This document shows, piece after piece, positions 14,779 through 27,100 of a stretch of 64,000 bases of DNA. The stretch lies in the NCBI GenBank assembly GCA_964035545.1, contig OZ037766.1:29824640-29888639 (forward strand), written 5' to 3'. How positions within the stretch are numbered: the first letter of the stretch is position 1; the number at the start of each line of letters is the position of its first letter. Origin of the DNA: Bugula neritina. Lineage: Eukaryota; Animalia; Bryozoa. The translations under genes and the position numbers were made by a program. The notes under the pieces were generated by a model. It worked only from the letters and a program-made list of their open reading frames with translations, did not search any database and was not told where the DNA came from.

Positions 14779-14800
14779 TTTATATATATATAATTATATA

Positions 14801-14852
<52 letters not shown>

Positions 14853-17800
14853 GTTTTAGCAGTTACTGGAATGTTTGTTATAATAGCTAAGGCAAAACTG
14901 TTGGAAATTTTATTCCAATCATCACATATAAAATCACTTATAATTGAACCAGGACTTTATATATCATTCTTATAACTATTGATATAATGCAAATATGAGA
15001 CTGATTTGTTTTTATAAAATTTTATTAACTGTTGACCGCTTTACCATCTTTTTTGTCTGATGCCATTCCATGAGAAGTGTGGTTTGGTAACGGAAGGTTT
15101 TATTTTAACTTTGTCTCCGATATAAGGAAGACTAACTTTCTTCTGACACTTGACTAAACTTCCTTCTGGTCCCTTCCAGTCAATCTGCTCAGGGAATACA
15201 GCCATTAGGACCTGTAGGGAGAATACACAGTAGACTAGCCTTAATTTCTTTTCTGTGAACAAAATTTTAAGTTTTAGAGTCATGTTGTATAATCAAAATT
15301 TCTTCTAAATCTGAGGAAGCTAGATCAAAAGTTCCAAGTTATAGACTAACATTGTACACCTAATAATAAAAATTTACTATAAATTTAAAAGTTACATGTT
15401 ACTCCATTAGCAACATTGAGAAAGAAAAGCTTCACATGAAAAATTGAAACATACTAAAGATATCAGCAGTTGGTTTTTAAAGTTAAGAATAAAATAGGTA
15501 TACGCAAATAAATTTACATTAAAAAAGTGGCAGCAATAGAACATTTAGTCTGCAGTACAGCTGCTATAATAAGCAACAAGTTCGTTTCTTTAAAATGATG
15601 ATAAGGATAAGCTATACCTTCAAGTGAGACATAATATATACAGACAAACTCTACAAATTTTTGCCATGTTGTTAACAAGTACAAGCACATGTATATAACT
15701 TACTCTTTTATAAAAAAACTCACTTGGGTCACTTTACTTAATTTAGTACACACTGGAAATTTCCAATTTCTATCTATTTTTCACAATTTAGCTGCTAATG
15801 AACATGAATTTTTGCTCAAAACTAGTAAAATATCATTAAATACACTTAGAAAATCAAGGTTCTTCTGAATTTTGCTTGATTTCCCATGTTTTTCTTATTT
15901 ATTTAGCTAGGTTGGATTGCTGACCGTTACTAAAAAACCATAACGATCCGCAATCAAAAGTAGCTGAATAATTAGGAAAAAACATGGGAAATCAAGCAAA
16001 ATTAAAAATAACCTTGATTTTTAGGTGTATTTATTGATATTTTATTAGTTTTGGGCAAAGACCCTTGTTCAAATTAGCAGCTAAATTGCAAAAAATAGAT
16101 AAAAACTGGAGATTTCCAGTGTGTACTAAATTAAGTAAAATGACCCACTTACTCTTTTATCTCCAGGGCAAATGCCCATGTTCAGAAATCTACCAACACT
16201 GGTGTGAGTCACTTTATTGTCCAGAATATTCTCAATGCGAATATCTGAACTGTCATCTATAGTTTCACTATAAGGCATAGCCTCTGTGTCATTCAGAGTT
16301 GCGAGACGTACGTACTCCCCTCCTCTGATACATTTACTGCAGCCTAAGTCTTAATTTGATACAATAATAAAATTGTAAATAGAATTGGTAAATTGAATAG
16401 GTTCTGCGGATATTTACACTTGAACAAAACAAATTCTAAGATTCTCAAGTATAGTTTCATAAAATTTTCAACAATAATTTTAAAATGTTGTGGGTTTGAG
16501 TGCAATATTTTGGTTCTAATAATTATGTAAATATAAAAAAAACCAACATAATGTTCCAAGTTAATGCAGCTATTTAACAATGCATTATGTTGCTATATAT
16601 AAGCATAATGTAACTTTATAATATATTGTTGTATAGTATAACATTGCCTGTAGCTAAAAGCTGATTTAACATTTAGAAAAGTTAATCAACTAAAGTACAT
16701 GCACGTAATAAATATATATATTTATACCATAAAATGGAGCTTTACAAAACAGATTTATCAAAGTCTATTGCTTACCTTGTAACTCTTCAAATTCTTTATT
16801 CAATGTTTTCAGCTGTTCAAAACTGGCTTTCTGCTTTCGTACTTTTTCAAGGAAATCACTTGAAGGTTTTCGTACGTATCGTGGTTGACGTAGCCGATAC
16901 TTGGGCACGGCTTCTAGAGCATTCTTCATTCTAGTTGCAAAAGGCTCCATCACTTTCAGAGTGGCTTTGTTGTACTCTGTTCTTTCTGCTAGAGCTGCAT
17001 CTAACCCTTTCAACTAAAGACACACCCTAATTGGTACACCAGAGCAATAGGTGGCGAGTGTTTGTTAAAACTGGCATTTTGCCAGCTTTTTCTACCTCTG
17101 GAGCTATGCATAAAATAGCATATTTATTCACAGGACTCTTTGTAAAAACAAATGCTGTAAAGCAAATCTTTCTTATAACACAACAAAATCTAAGTAAAAC
17201 ACGCTATATTTTACCTGTCAGCTGGTTTTAACTGCATGTCGGTTTTTTTTACAAAAATTCCCAATGTAGGCAGCCTTTAAGGTTGAGTTCAACTAATGAA
17301 AAAGCTATTTAACTCTAGATCTTGTAGCTATAGCTGATACATTTTGCTCTATAATTACTTAACATAGGCAGTTCAAACAAACCTTCACTTCAAATGATGG
17401 CTTCTTCAAAGTCTTTTGGTGGTCCTGGTACACTTTTTTAGTACTCTTTGCTTGGTTAGGCATGTCTTCCAAAATCAATCTGTACTTCATCATCTATAAT
17501 TAATATATAAATCTGACTATAATAATAATAAACATAATTTTTGGAAACAATATTTGAAAGAAATACAGAGTTATCCAACCAGTGAAATCCTTCACCTTGA
17601 TGTACGTAACAGCACAAGTTACATAATAATGGTAACATCACTTGTTAAGCTCATTGCTGCAACTAACGGCTTATAATGAGTATTATAGCACCTGTAGTTA
17701 AAATATTATGCTTATTATCGAGTTTTTTAATTTCAAACTATCATTACAAACTCATGCTGTACAGAGATGGATAGTATGAACACGAATGAGCAACATACAA

Positions 17801-20690
17801 AAAAATAATTTTTTAAAATATATATAAATAGGAACTTCCATAAAACATCTTTATACATTAACTTAAGTTAAGGTATAAAGATGTTTTATGGAAGTTCCTA
17901 TTTATATTATTTATCATGTATATGATCTGTATTTCAATTTAGTGACACATATATATGTATGATCGTCATTTTGTTTTTACTATAGCTTTTCAATGATTCA
18001 TACTAGGTCAAGCTTTTTTAAACTAAATGTTTTTATAATATATCAAATTCTTTCTCGAAAAGGGCAGCAAAAATTCAAAAAACCAAATTTAATCAAAGGT
18101 TTTGTTGCTAATGAGAAATTATTAACATTACCAGCTAGATTAAACAATTGTAATAATTGCTGCATTGAAAATCATTGAATTAACTAATTTTCTCAAAATA
18201 TATTAGAAGAAATATAATTCTACAAAGAAGTCGTGTTGCTAGCTGTTCTAAAGCTAAAGGATATAACATACTGTCTGAAACGCCTCCATAAACCAAACGT
18301 CTGCTGACTTCAACTCATCTTTTATCTCTTTAGCCAACTTCTTAACTGCCTTTGCATCAACTCCTACAGTATTATAAAAGTACTAAGCATTTTTCTTTTT
18401 AGTTCTTATATATTACAATAATATATATATAATAGCTAGCAGATATATCACAAGAAATTAGAGCTCTGAAAACACTTACGGACTGGTTGTTCTACAGGCT
18501 TTGGTTTTGTCTCATCTTTCTTTAGCTCAGCTTCCTTACTTTTAGTTGTTTCTCCATCAGACTTGGTCGAGCTACTTCTCGGTGGAACAACTCCAAACCC
18601 GCCATTAGAAAGCAGCTCTTTGGCTGATGGAGGAGAAGCAGAAGGTTTTTTCTCGGCTTCGGATTTGATGCTCAGATCAGGAGATTTCTCAGCTGCTTAC
18701 AAGTATATAATAATTTATAACAATTATGTCAGCTTTAATAGGGATGTTTATAGTTTACTTTACCTATAAAGTTCAACTATAGTTTAGTTATTTAATGCAT
18801 TTATACAAAAATTGTATCCTTGAACAGGTTTACAGATTTCATACAGACAAACCACTGGTCCATATATTGTGAATGAATATATTGCAATTAATTGAGAACT
18901 AGCTAACTCTAACACCAACTGCTACAAAAAGCTACTGCTCAGAAGTTATTTGCTCCTGTATATTTGTGTTCATAGACATACAATATTATTATAAAGTTCT
19001 ATGTTTTACTTGTGAAAAAATGTCAAAACACTAACTGACAGTGAATTCTTGGCAGCGTTCAGTTAGCTGATGTGTGCTGCCTCCGGTATACTTGATATCA
19101 TCGAGTTGAACTTTGACATCTACTTTATTTATACACAAAACAGTCACCTGTTTTACTTGGCTGGTTAGAGTCTGTTCCCTGTACTTTATCTTCAGTTTCC
19201 TTACCTCCAGCATCAGAGAGCTTCTTGCTCTTTATCAGATCTTTGAGTTGCTTTCCCACCAGACTGTCTGGCAGTTTTCCAACTCCTCCATTGGGCATTG
19301 GGTGTTGCTGTTTTATAAAGATTATATTATAATATAATAAGGGGAAAATATGAAATGATATAGTACAGTATAATATTTTATGAAACGTATATCAGTATTA
19401 TAATTTTTATTAAATGTAGTAATAAACAGTTATGCAAAAGTAATCATCATTTGCAATTGCTTTTATTTCCAATACTATTAAAGTGTTGATTATAATGAAA
19501 TATTATAGCTTTTTAGTGTTGTTATATAGTTATATACATATTGCAACATAATTCTGCCCAGCTGCATGTCATTTCATAATAAGTAGTATATTATTTCAGT
19601 ATCATAGTGCTAACCCACTGTTGACTTTGGCAATGAACTTGAACACACAATATGGTTATATTATTCACATTAGGTTATATATAATTAGCTAGTAGTTACT
19701 ACTATAACTAGTATATTGCAAATGTACGCACAATATTTTAAGTGCTAGATACATCACAATGATACTATAAACTATACTAACCTTACTGCATGACAAAGAA
19801 AAGATATTGTTTATATAGGAATACTCATGTTTATCTCTATTTTCTATAAAAGTAACCTGATAAATATTGTATTTTAGTTTAGGAACAGGAGCTGACCAAA
19901 GTCTAAGCTATGTTATGGATTTCAGTCATGACAGGGTTATTGGCAATGTCAGGAAAAGCACCTGGCCATAATTGCAGTTATGGTGCTTTGAAAGTCGTTT
20001 GACTATGTTAGAGTAATGCAAAGAGGTTCTTAGCTGTTTTACCACAGGAATGGAGAGTTTAAGCTATTGTGAAATTTAACAGATGACATGTGCTACCTGT
20101 TCTATGCCAATGTTTATATAGCTCTTCAACTTTGATGTGTATACATTTTATGCACGATTTACGTGATTAATAAAAACTATGACCTTCAACTGAGGGAATT
20201 ATCACACTATGAACTTTATTCACTATAATATTATACACAAATATTTGCTGTCCGTCACACTTTAATAATCTAGGCTATTATTGGAAAGTTTGAGGTATGT
20301 TTTCTTTTTTATTCGAAACAAAGAGTTTTCCCAACTTTGATAAACATTAGGAGTTATCCCCTCTACATTAACTTGAATCTGGCACTCAATGAGCTATGTA
20401 TATAAATTTACTAAGAAGCAAGTAGTGTGAGAAGAATACGATTAAAAGCACTAGCTATTATACTTCACATAATATACTACACATAAAATAGCAACACACT
20501 TATACTGACTAACCTTTTTGCAAACACTGCAAGTAAACTTTCTCTTAACAACATTCAGTTGTTTGGCACAAGGTAAACAGACAGTGTGTTGGCATGGCAA
20601 CACCTTCAACTCATCTACTTCCTGTTTACATATGTTACAGTTGAGTAGACTTCGAAGTGACTCTTCTATTGCATCCTGGTTAGAAGCCAT
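12489..20690 (-). CDS. RING - coiled-coil - 4x HERC2/KEG-like repeat protein, paralog B1 (~677 aa)
   Basis: 12 exons: 20690-20514, 19307-19157, 18695-18480, 18363-18272, 17493-17383, 17013-16776, 16349-16153, 15211-15045, 14343-14211, 13657-13445, 13324-13225, 12727-12489. Intron phases match A1. RING is CNIC..PCQHTVCLPC..CSVC. Example repeat: IGDKVKIKPSVTKPHFSWNGI..KGTL..VIVKFPENHDWKGLYSEIEL. Confidence 0.88.
13691..13906 (-). mobile_element. tRNA-derived SINE with ~20-bp target-site duplication in B1 intron 9
   Basis: A-box-like TGGTCCAGAGG, B-box-like GGCTTCGAACC, internal AGGAAGAGCATCCAG and a (GAGT)n tail. Flanking direct repeats at 13671-13690 and 13907-13926 have 2 mismatches. The element is absent from the paralogous B2 intron. 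Confidence 0.8.
14717..14850. repeat. (TA)n microsatellite
   Basis: Long interrupted TA run. Confidence 0.95.
15726..16146. mobile_element. Fold-back MITE (~420 bp, arms ~205 bp)
   Basis: Termini GGGTCA...TGACCC. The arms are reverse complements along their length, e.g. TTTACTTAATTTAGTACACACTGGAAAT / ATTTCCAGTGTGTACTAAATTAAGTAAA. ACTT flanks both ends as a possible 4-bp TSD. Absent from B2. Confidence 0.85.
17822..17907. repeat. 86-bp spacerless palindrome (1 mismatch) in B1 intron 4
   Basis: ATATAAATAGGAACTTCCATAAAACATCTTTATAC-A-TTAACTT|AAGTTAA-G-GTATAAAGATGTTTTATGGAAGTTCCTATTTATAT. Confidence 0.95.
19940..19976 (+). mobile_element. Degenerate fragment of the same SINE family
   Basis: TGGCAATGTCAGGAAAAGCACCTGGCCATAATTGC resembles TGATGATGTTAGGAAGAGCATCCAGTCATAATTGC of the 13.7-kb SINE. 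Confidence 0.5.
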
Positions 20691-21863
20691 TGTCTTGCTG
20701 TTGTGTAGGTAAGAGGGGTTACGCTAGACTAAAATATATTTGAAATATGTAATATATGCATTTTAAATGAAAACATGTTTTTGCTGTTTGGTTATTACTG
20801 TAATTCACCAGTGTGTGTGTGTAAAACTATCACTATTGGGAAATAGATTGGGAATTGATTTTTCATTCATGTCTGGAAACTGCTGCATCCACAACGAAGT
20901 AATGGAAACGAAGTGTATATCATGAATAGAATAAAGAGCAACTGGTAGCTGGTATAACATTGTTATAAAAGTTTTCATGTGATATTTAGAGATACAACTC
21001 TGTTATCTGCCCTCAAAACTATAAACTCAACTTTGCACCAACTGGAGATAAACAAATATCTCAGACAGAATATAATGTTTCATCATAATATAATCAAAGT
21101 AGCTATTTATAACCACAGTTAGTGCAATATCCCAGTTGATGTGAGGTACATAATTATGCAATAATTTCGTCATAAGATAAAGCATTAAGGAGAAAAGCTT
21201 ACAGGTAATAAAACCTGCAGTCAACTAAGAGTATTACGACACACTTTACTGCAACAAGTGGTAATATTTATATAATTTACATTTTTCGTTTACATTTTAA
21301 TAAAATTATAAAACTAGCAGCCGAAGTTATAAATAGCCTCATTGCCCCCCCCCTCTTATTCTCTTCCTATTGCCATACAACAAAACTGTGAATGTAAAAT
21401 TTACCCTTAAGTTCACCAATTTTAATAACCATGCAATAGCTTGAAATAAGATTGAAAAAGCAATTCATTTTTGACCTGAATATAATTGTAACCTCAAATT
21501 ATAGTACTAGTAGCCCCATATAAAACATTAAAAATCAGTGCTTGGAGTTTAAGAGTAAACAGAAGTAATACTTTGAATATTAAACATACAATTTATATTT
21601 TTAACTTTTAACTTATTGTGTATGCAGCCACTTTGATTTACTCATTTTCCTATATAGCTTCACTACATTATTCTATTATATCTTCACATATAACAGTTAT
21701 AATTATATGACAATTGAATATGCATACCTATAGGTATCGATTTGATGATAAAACCATTCATGAGTTCAAGAAGTCAGTAATAAACAATGGGACGGCAAAT
21801 GATATTGACACAGACTGTGGGTAGTGAAACAACACAAGTAATGATTTATTCAATAGCCTAGAT

Positions 21864-21912
21864 GGGGAAGTCCCTATACACAAACAGTTCGCGTCTTGAG
21901 TTGGAATTTCCC
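21864..21912 (-). promoter_or_regulatory. Paired kappaB sites upstream of B1
   Basis: Minus strand GGGAAATTCC (21912-21903) followed by GGGACTTCCCC (21874-21864). A candidate 5' UTR donor lies at 21727. Confidence 0.7.
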
Positions 21913-22548
21913 AACCGCAATAAGTACCCCTCATTATTATTTACAGCCACATTGACTGCATTAGAAGAATATCGAAGCGCGAAGTTGGAGGTAACTGAGT
22001 ACAGTATTTGTGGGTGTAAAAACTTCAAACCCTAGACCTCAACCAATGCACTCAGTAACCACCAACTGGGTGCTGCTTTAAGAGATTTTACATAAACACC
22101 CACAGCAGCTCAGCTTATATATGAATTGAGTCAATGCAACCATGCAAATTGACCAATAACTCGGCACTAAAGCTAACATTTTTTGAAATACATGGTTTGA
22201 ATAGAAAATTTGCAGTTGTAACTTACATCAGCAAACTACACACATTATTTTAGCGTACCAAAAGATAAAGAAATATATATCACCCATAACTGCTTTTCAT
22301 TTGAGATTCTGTTTCCATTACAGAAAATATTAAACTAAAAATCCAATAGATGGTTCACAATAAAAGATACATCGTAGTGGCCAAGATTTCAATAAATATG
22401 AATTCCAATTTTTCACTATCTTTTTTGTATATCTTACTTTCATAGAGACCTACAAGTCTACGCAGATGAAGTCACAGCATTTACTATGTTTATCTGCAAT
22501 TCATTACATCAACCGACTTAATTGCATATATCACGAATAACCAGTTTA

Positions 22549-22612
22549 GTAACAACATTCAATTAGAAGCACAGAGTTAACAGTGTGTTGGCATGCTAAC
22601 ACCTTTTACAAC
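22549..22612 (-). pseudogene. Relic fragment of a B-type RING exon
   Basis: TAACAACATTCA...ACAGTGTGTTGGCATGCTAACACCTT aligns with B1 exon 1 (TAACAACATTCA...ACAGTGTGTTGGCATGGCAACACCTT) with indels. Confidence 0.65.
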
Positions 22613-23349
22613 TATTACACCAACATGTGAGGTGTAAATCATATGTGTAAAAGCTACCATACATAACTAATAGCAAGGTAGCCTAGAGTAGTTTTGCATA
22701 ACTCTACAATTGTTTACTTAAAGGTAAATAGTTTATGTAGAGGTTGGAAAATAGAATGGAAACTGTGAAGAATTCAAGACAAACTTCTGCATTTCTTATA
22801 GACCTAACCAGGTATATAAACCATACGATTAATATTATACTACTAGTATTATAACATAGTTCTAGCTGTTACTTGCAACCGATATCACTTTAGTTGTTAT
22901 CGCAGGCATTCCTTATGCAACCAATAATAATACTATTCATTGTGATATACTCATATTCTAAATTACATTATGTGCAAACAATATGTATTGATATTCAGTT
23001 TCACCAATATCATTATGATTACTAAATTAATTGTTAGTAATCATCAGTCAATACTGATATACAATATAGCATGTTTTCATTTTATGGCCACAATATGAAA
23101 CAGCTTTTTTTAAATAGAAAATATCAATCTCGAACTAACCTGTTAGTACACAGCATTGCAGGCAGCATGACCTCCGGCATTCAGTAGCACTAGCAATGCA
23201 TAGAGCAGTACTATACAGTTGCTGCTATTACGTGACTCACAGCAGTACCACTGAAGCAATTTCGATATCCCTTACAACCAATCAGGAACCAACATGTGTT
23301 TCTATAATCAGTATAATGTAACTTTACCTTTAATGGAATGTAGTCAAAA

Positions 23350-23359
23350 GGGGAATCCC
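23350..23359 (+). promoter_or_regulatory. kappaB site upstream of A2
   Basis: GGGGAATCCC, identical to the A1 site and in the same orientation relative to transcription. A candidate UTR donor lies at 23586. Confidence 0.7.
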
Positions 23360-24181
23360 TGGTCACTCTAGAAGTTATAAGAGCTGCTAGTAATAAACTA
23401 TTTTAACAATGCAAACTGCTTGCTACAGGAGCTGCATTCACGGCATCGCTCTTATTATTCGCTCTGTTTCTTATTAAGCAGCCAGAGTAGAGAAAAAGTG
23501 TTGTCAGTTCTAGTAAGCACCATTTGGTCAACTAAGGAATCATCATTCTAAACATTCTATAGTTTCTGAACTCCGAGATCAACTGGTGAGTAGTATAATC
23601 ATAATGATATTGTATAATTATAACAATAATACAGTTAGATTCACATAATTTCTTGTAACTAGTTTTCTTTTAAAAAAAAAGAAACCTAATGGTTTAATCA
23701 TCTGCACTGATTAATATCTTCAGGGCTAAGATTCGTTAATCACATTCTGAAATGATAACTGACACAATGATTCATTAACTTGAAGATTAATTTACCTAAA
23801 CTTTGGCATTCTCGCTAAAAACACTGTGATGGTGGACTTTGTAAACAATAACATTTCGGCAAAGTCTGGGTATGTGAGCAATAATTGTTAAGCCAGTGCA
23901 GTGCACTCTCACTCTGAGTATTTGCCTGACTCATTGTAACAGCCAGTAGATAAACATCTTTAGAAACCTGTTCATGCTGCATATATACAAGTTTTGTATA
24001 CAAAAAATATCTTGTATCAAAAGCCACTGCCATTTAAAGTAGTTGGTCATGGAAAATCTTTATTTCATAATGGCTGACATTGAATGCAACCGTATTTTCG
24101 TGGCAAGACTAAAATTTAAAGGTATATAAAACAACCTTGAAAGGTACAACTACGTTATTATATTTACCATAGGAATTCAAA

Positions 24182-27100
24182 ATGGCAGAGAATGTGCCGA
24201 TAGAGGACTCCCTGAAACATCTCCTCAAATGCAATGTCTGTCTGGAACAGGTTGACACCCTGAAAGCGCTGCCTTGTCAGCACACAATATGTCTGACTTG
24301 TGTGAAGCAGCTGACTGTGAGACGTCAGCGATTCAAGTGCACTATTTGCAAAAAAGTAAGCTTTACATTATTTCATTTGCAGAACTGTATTCATTTATTT
24401 TTTATTTTTAAGATTTCAGTTTATTTACCCACTGTAGTTTTGAGCAGTTTATTATAACCTCTCGATTTTGTTGAAAATTAAAGTTTTCGTCGTATTTAAG
24501 ATTTTAGTTGATAATTTCATAACTGTTTGTGTTGCTTATTTGTGATTTACAAGCTATATCACATATGATTGGGCAATAACAAACCAGTTTACTGATTTAC
24601 TTTAGGAAAATCCAGTACCTGAAGGCGGGTTTGAAACTCTCCCAGACAGTTTACTAACTAAACAGATCTCTGAATTAATCCAAAAGAAAAGTTCAGGAAG
24701 TTTTGAAGAATTGCAAACTCAATCAAGTCTGAAGAAAGAAGGTACTGGGAACATCTACAACTATATTGCTGTGGTGTGCTGTGACCTTTCACTTTATATA
24801 GTAACAATTATAACTGCTGAATAAACTGATAAATTAACTATGAAAAAAATTAATTTTAAGAAGACATTTTGTAGCAAACTTTGTAAACAAGCCATATATT
24901 GATAGATCTATGTTGTTGGAACAATCTATGAATTGATAAGAAACAATAATTTATCTTTTCATAATGCAATAATCATATAATTTATTGTCAATGCATATTT
25001 TGTACCTACCAAGAAATAATCAAAATTATTCCTTCAAGGGTATTATTAAATTATGCCCCCTGTGTGCTACAGCTCAAGATACTAAAAAAGCTATGCTGAG
25101 TATTTCACCACCAGATGGAGCTGCTGAGGAAGACAATGAAGAAAACGGTTTGCTTAAGGTTATGCTGGATGATGACGAAGACGTAAAAGGTATTTACTTG
25201 CAGAGATATATTATATGTAAAGTTTGCGGTGTGTACTGCGCTCTATGGACTATCATAATGTCTTAAATATAAATAACACTGTAATATTCCTTTGGTAGAC
25301 AATTATTTATTGTATATATAGTATATTATAAACGCCATGTTGTATATAATTTAATGTAAAATAATAATACAACATTTACATTGCATTAAAATATATAATT
25401 ATATTTAAATATATAAAAATCATTTCAACACAAAATATTATATTAGTTCTGCATGAAATTAAACTTGAGTTTAAAACAAATGTGCACAGCTTGAATTATA
25501 TATGACAAATATTTGTTTATATGTAAAGTTGAATACAAATTGTCACTCTTCCTTTTCTAACCAAATCTGTTGATAGATACATGATGATGTTTTATAATAA
25601 TTTAGGGATTGACTTTTGGAAACTGCAAGGCAACTTGGATAATGAAAAGCGCAAAGCAGAAAGGAGTTATGAAAATGCAAAAGAAATGGTTAGTATCACA
25701 CTAATAGGTGGTATAGCTCCAAGAGAAACAAATAGATTTACAGCTGTTGTTTCTTGTACAAATCTAAAACTTACCAATATGACTAAAACTATGCAACAGT
25801 GTTCAGTTAAAAATGTTTAATAGCATGCATTGCTTTAGCTATATATAAGTACTAAAACTCTTAAAGCATTTTGAGTTTTCATCAGTTTTTGAATTTTTTT
25901 TATTTATTCACATTCTTTTATTGAAAATATTGTTTTATTTTAAGGCTATGTGCTAACTGTTACTTGTTGTATATCATCAGGTAATTGGCTAATGAAAACT
26001 TTGAATATGATTGCTTTTATTGGTCATCTTTTTGCACAACCAAGTAATTAGGTTTTTATTACAAAAGTGATGAGTGAGCCTTTTACACATCTGCTGTAAC
26101 CTTTAGGTCTGATATGCTGGTTATTTGTGAAAGACCATTTACTTAACTTACTGTTTACATGATTATACACATCAAATTAAGCTGCAATATGAACAATTAG
26201 CTGCTAGGAGGCTGAGTTTATAGCAGCTTTTGATATTTCTTTAGCATGCTTTCATGCAGTTACATAAAACACTTTTGTTTTAATTGTGGAGAAAATTGCA
26301 AATATTTTTATAGTACTCAGAAATAATGCAACAAATCTGAATTTTAAATAGAGCTAAAACTAAATTTTTACCAGAGTAATGGTTAAATTTGATTTGAGCA
26401 GGTAAAGAAATGTACTGAAACTTTGGAGAAGTTACCTGCACAAACTGAGGCTACAAAAGAAGCTATTACTCAGTATAAGAAGAAAGAGACACTTCAGTTT
26501 CAACAGAAGGTCTGTTTGCCATTCTTTTTTTTATTAGTTACTTTTTATGTCAGCAGGATTTCCTGCTGCCGGTGCTCATGTGATTGCTTGTTTAATATTG
26601 CTACTAAAAACCTAGTAGTTTTTACTGTATGTATGAGTTTTTTTAGTTCATTAATAAACATTTACAATTTTATTATATAAAACATGGTGCGATTCTCTTT
26701 GGTTTTGGTCGATGATAAGCAAATCTAAATCATAACACATTTATAAACAGTTGCCACGTAACCTTTCCAGATTGATGCCGTTGATTCAGCAGTGCGAGAC
26801 ATTTCAGCTAATCTTCAGAAGAAAATGTCAACTTACCAGCCTTACCTTGAAAAGGTTCGAAATGCTATAGACGTAGCAACTCAATCAGAGAAACTGCTGT
26901 CAGCTAAGAAGTGTCCTACTCATAGTCTCTTTGCTGACGCTCAGAGGCATTTGGCTGACTTGAAGAGAGTAATGGCAGACGCTGCCAAGAACTGGAGTGG
27001 TGAGTCATAGTCAGCCATATATACTGGAGAACGCTAAACACTATGCCTTTAATATCTTCATTAGGTTTACTGATAGTCGTATAATAAAGGGTATCTTATA

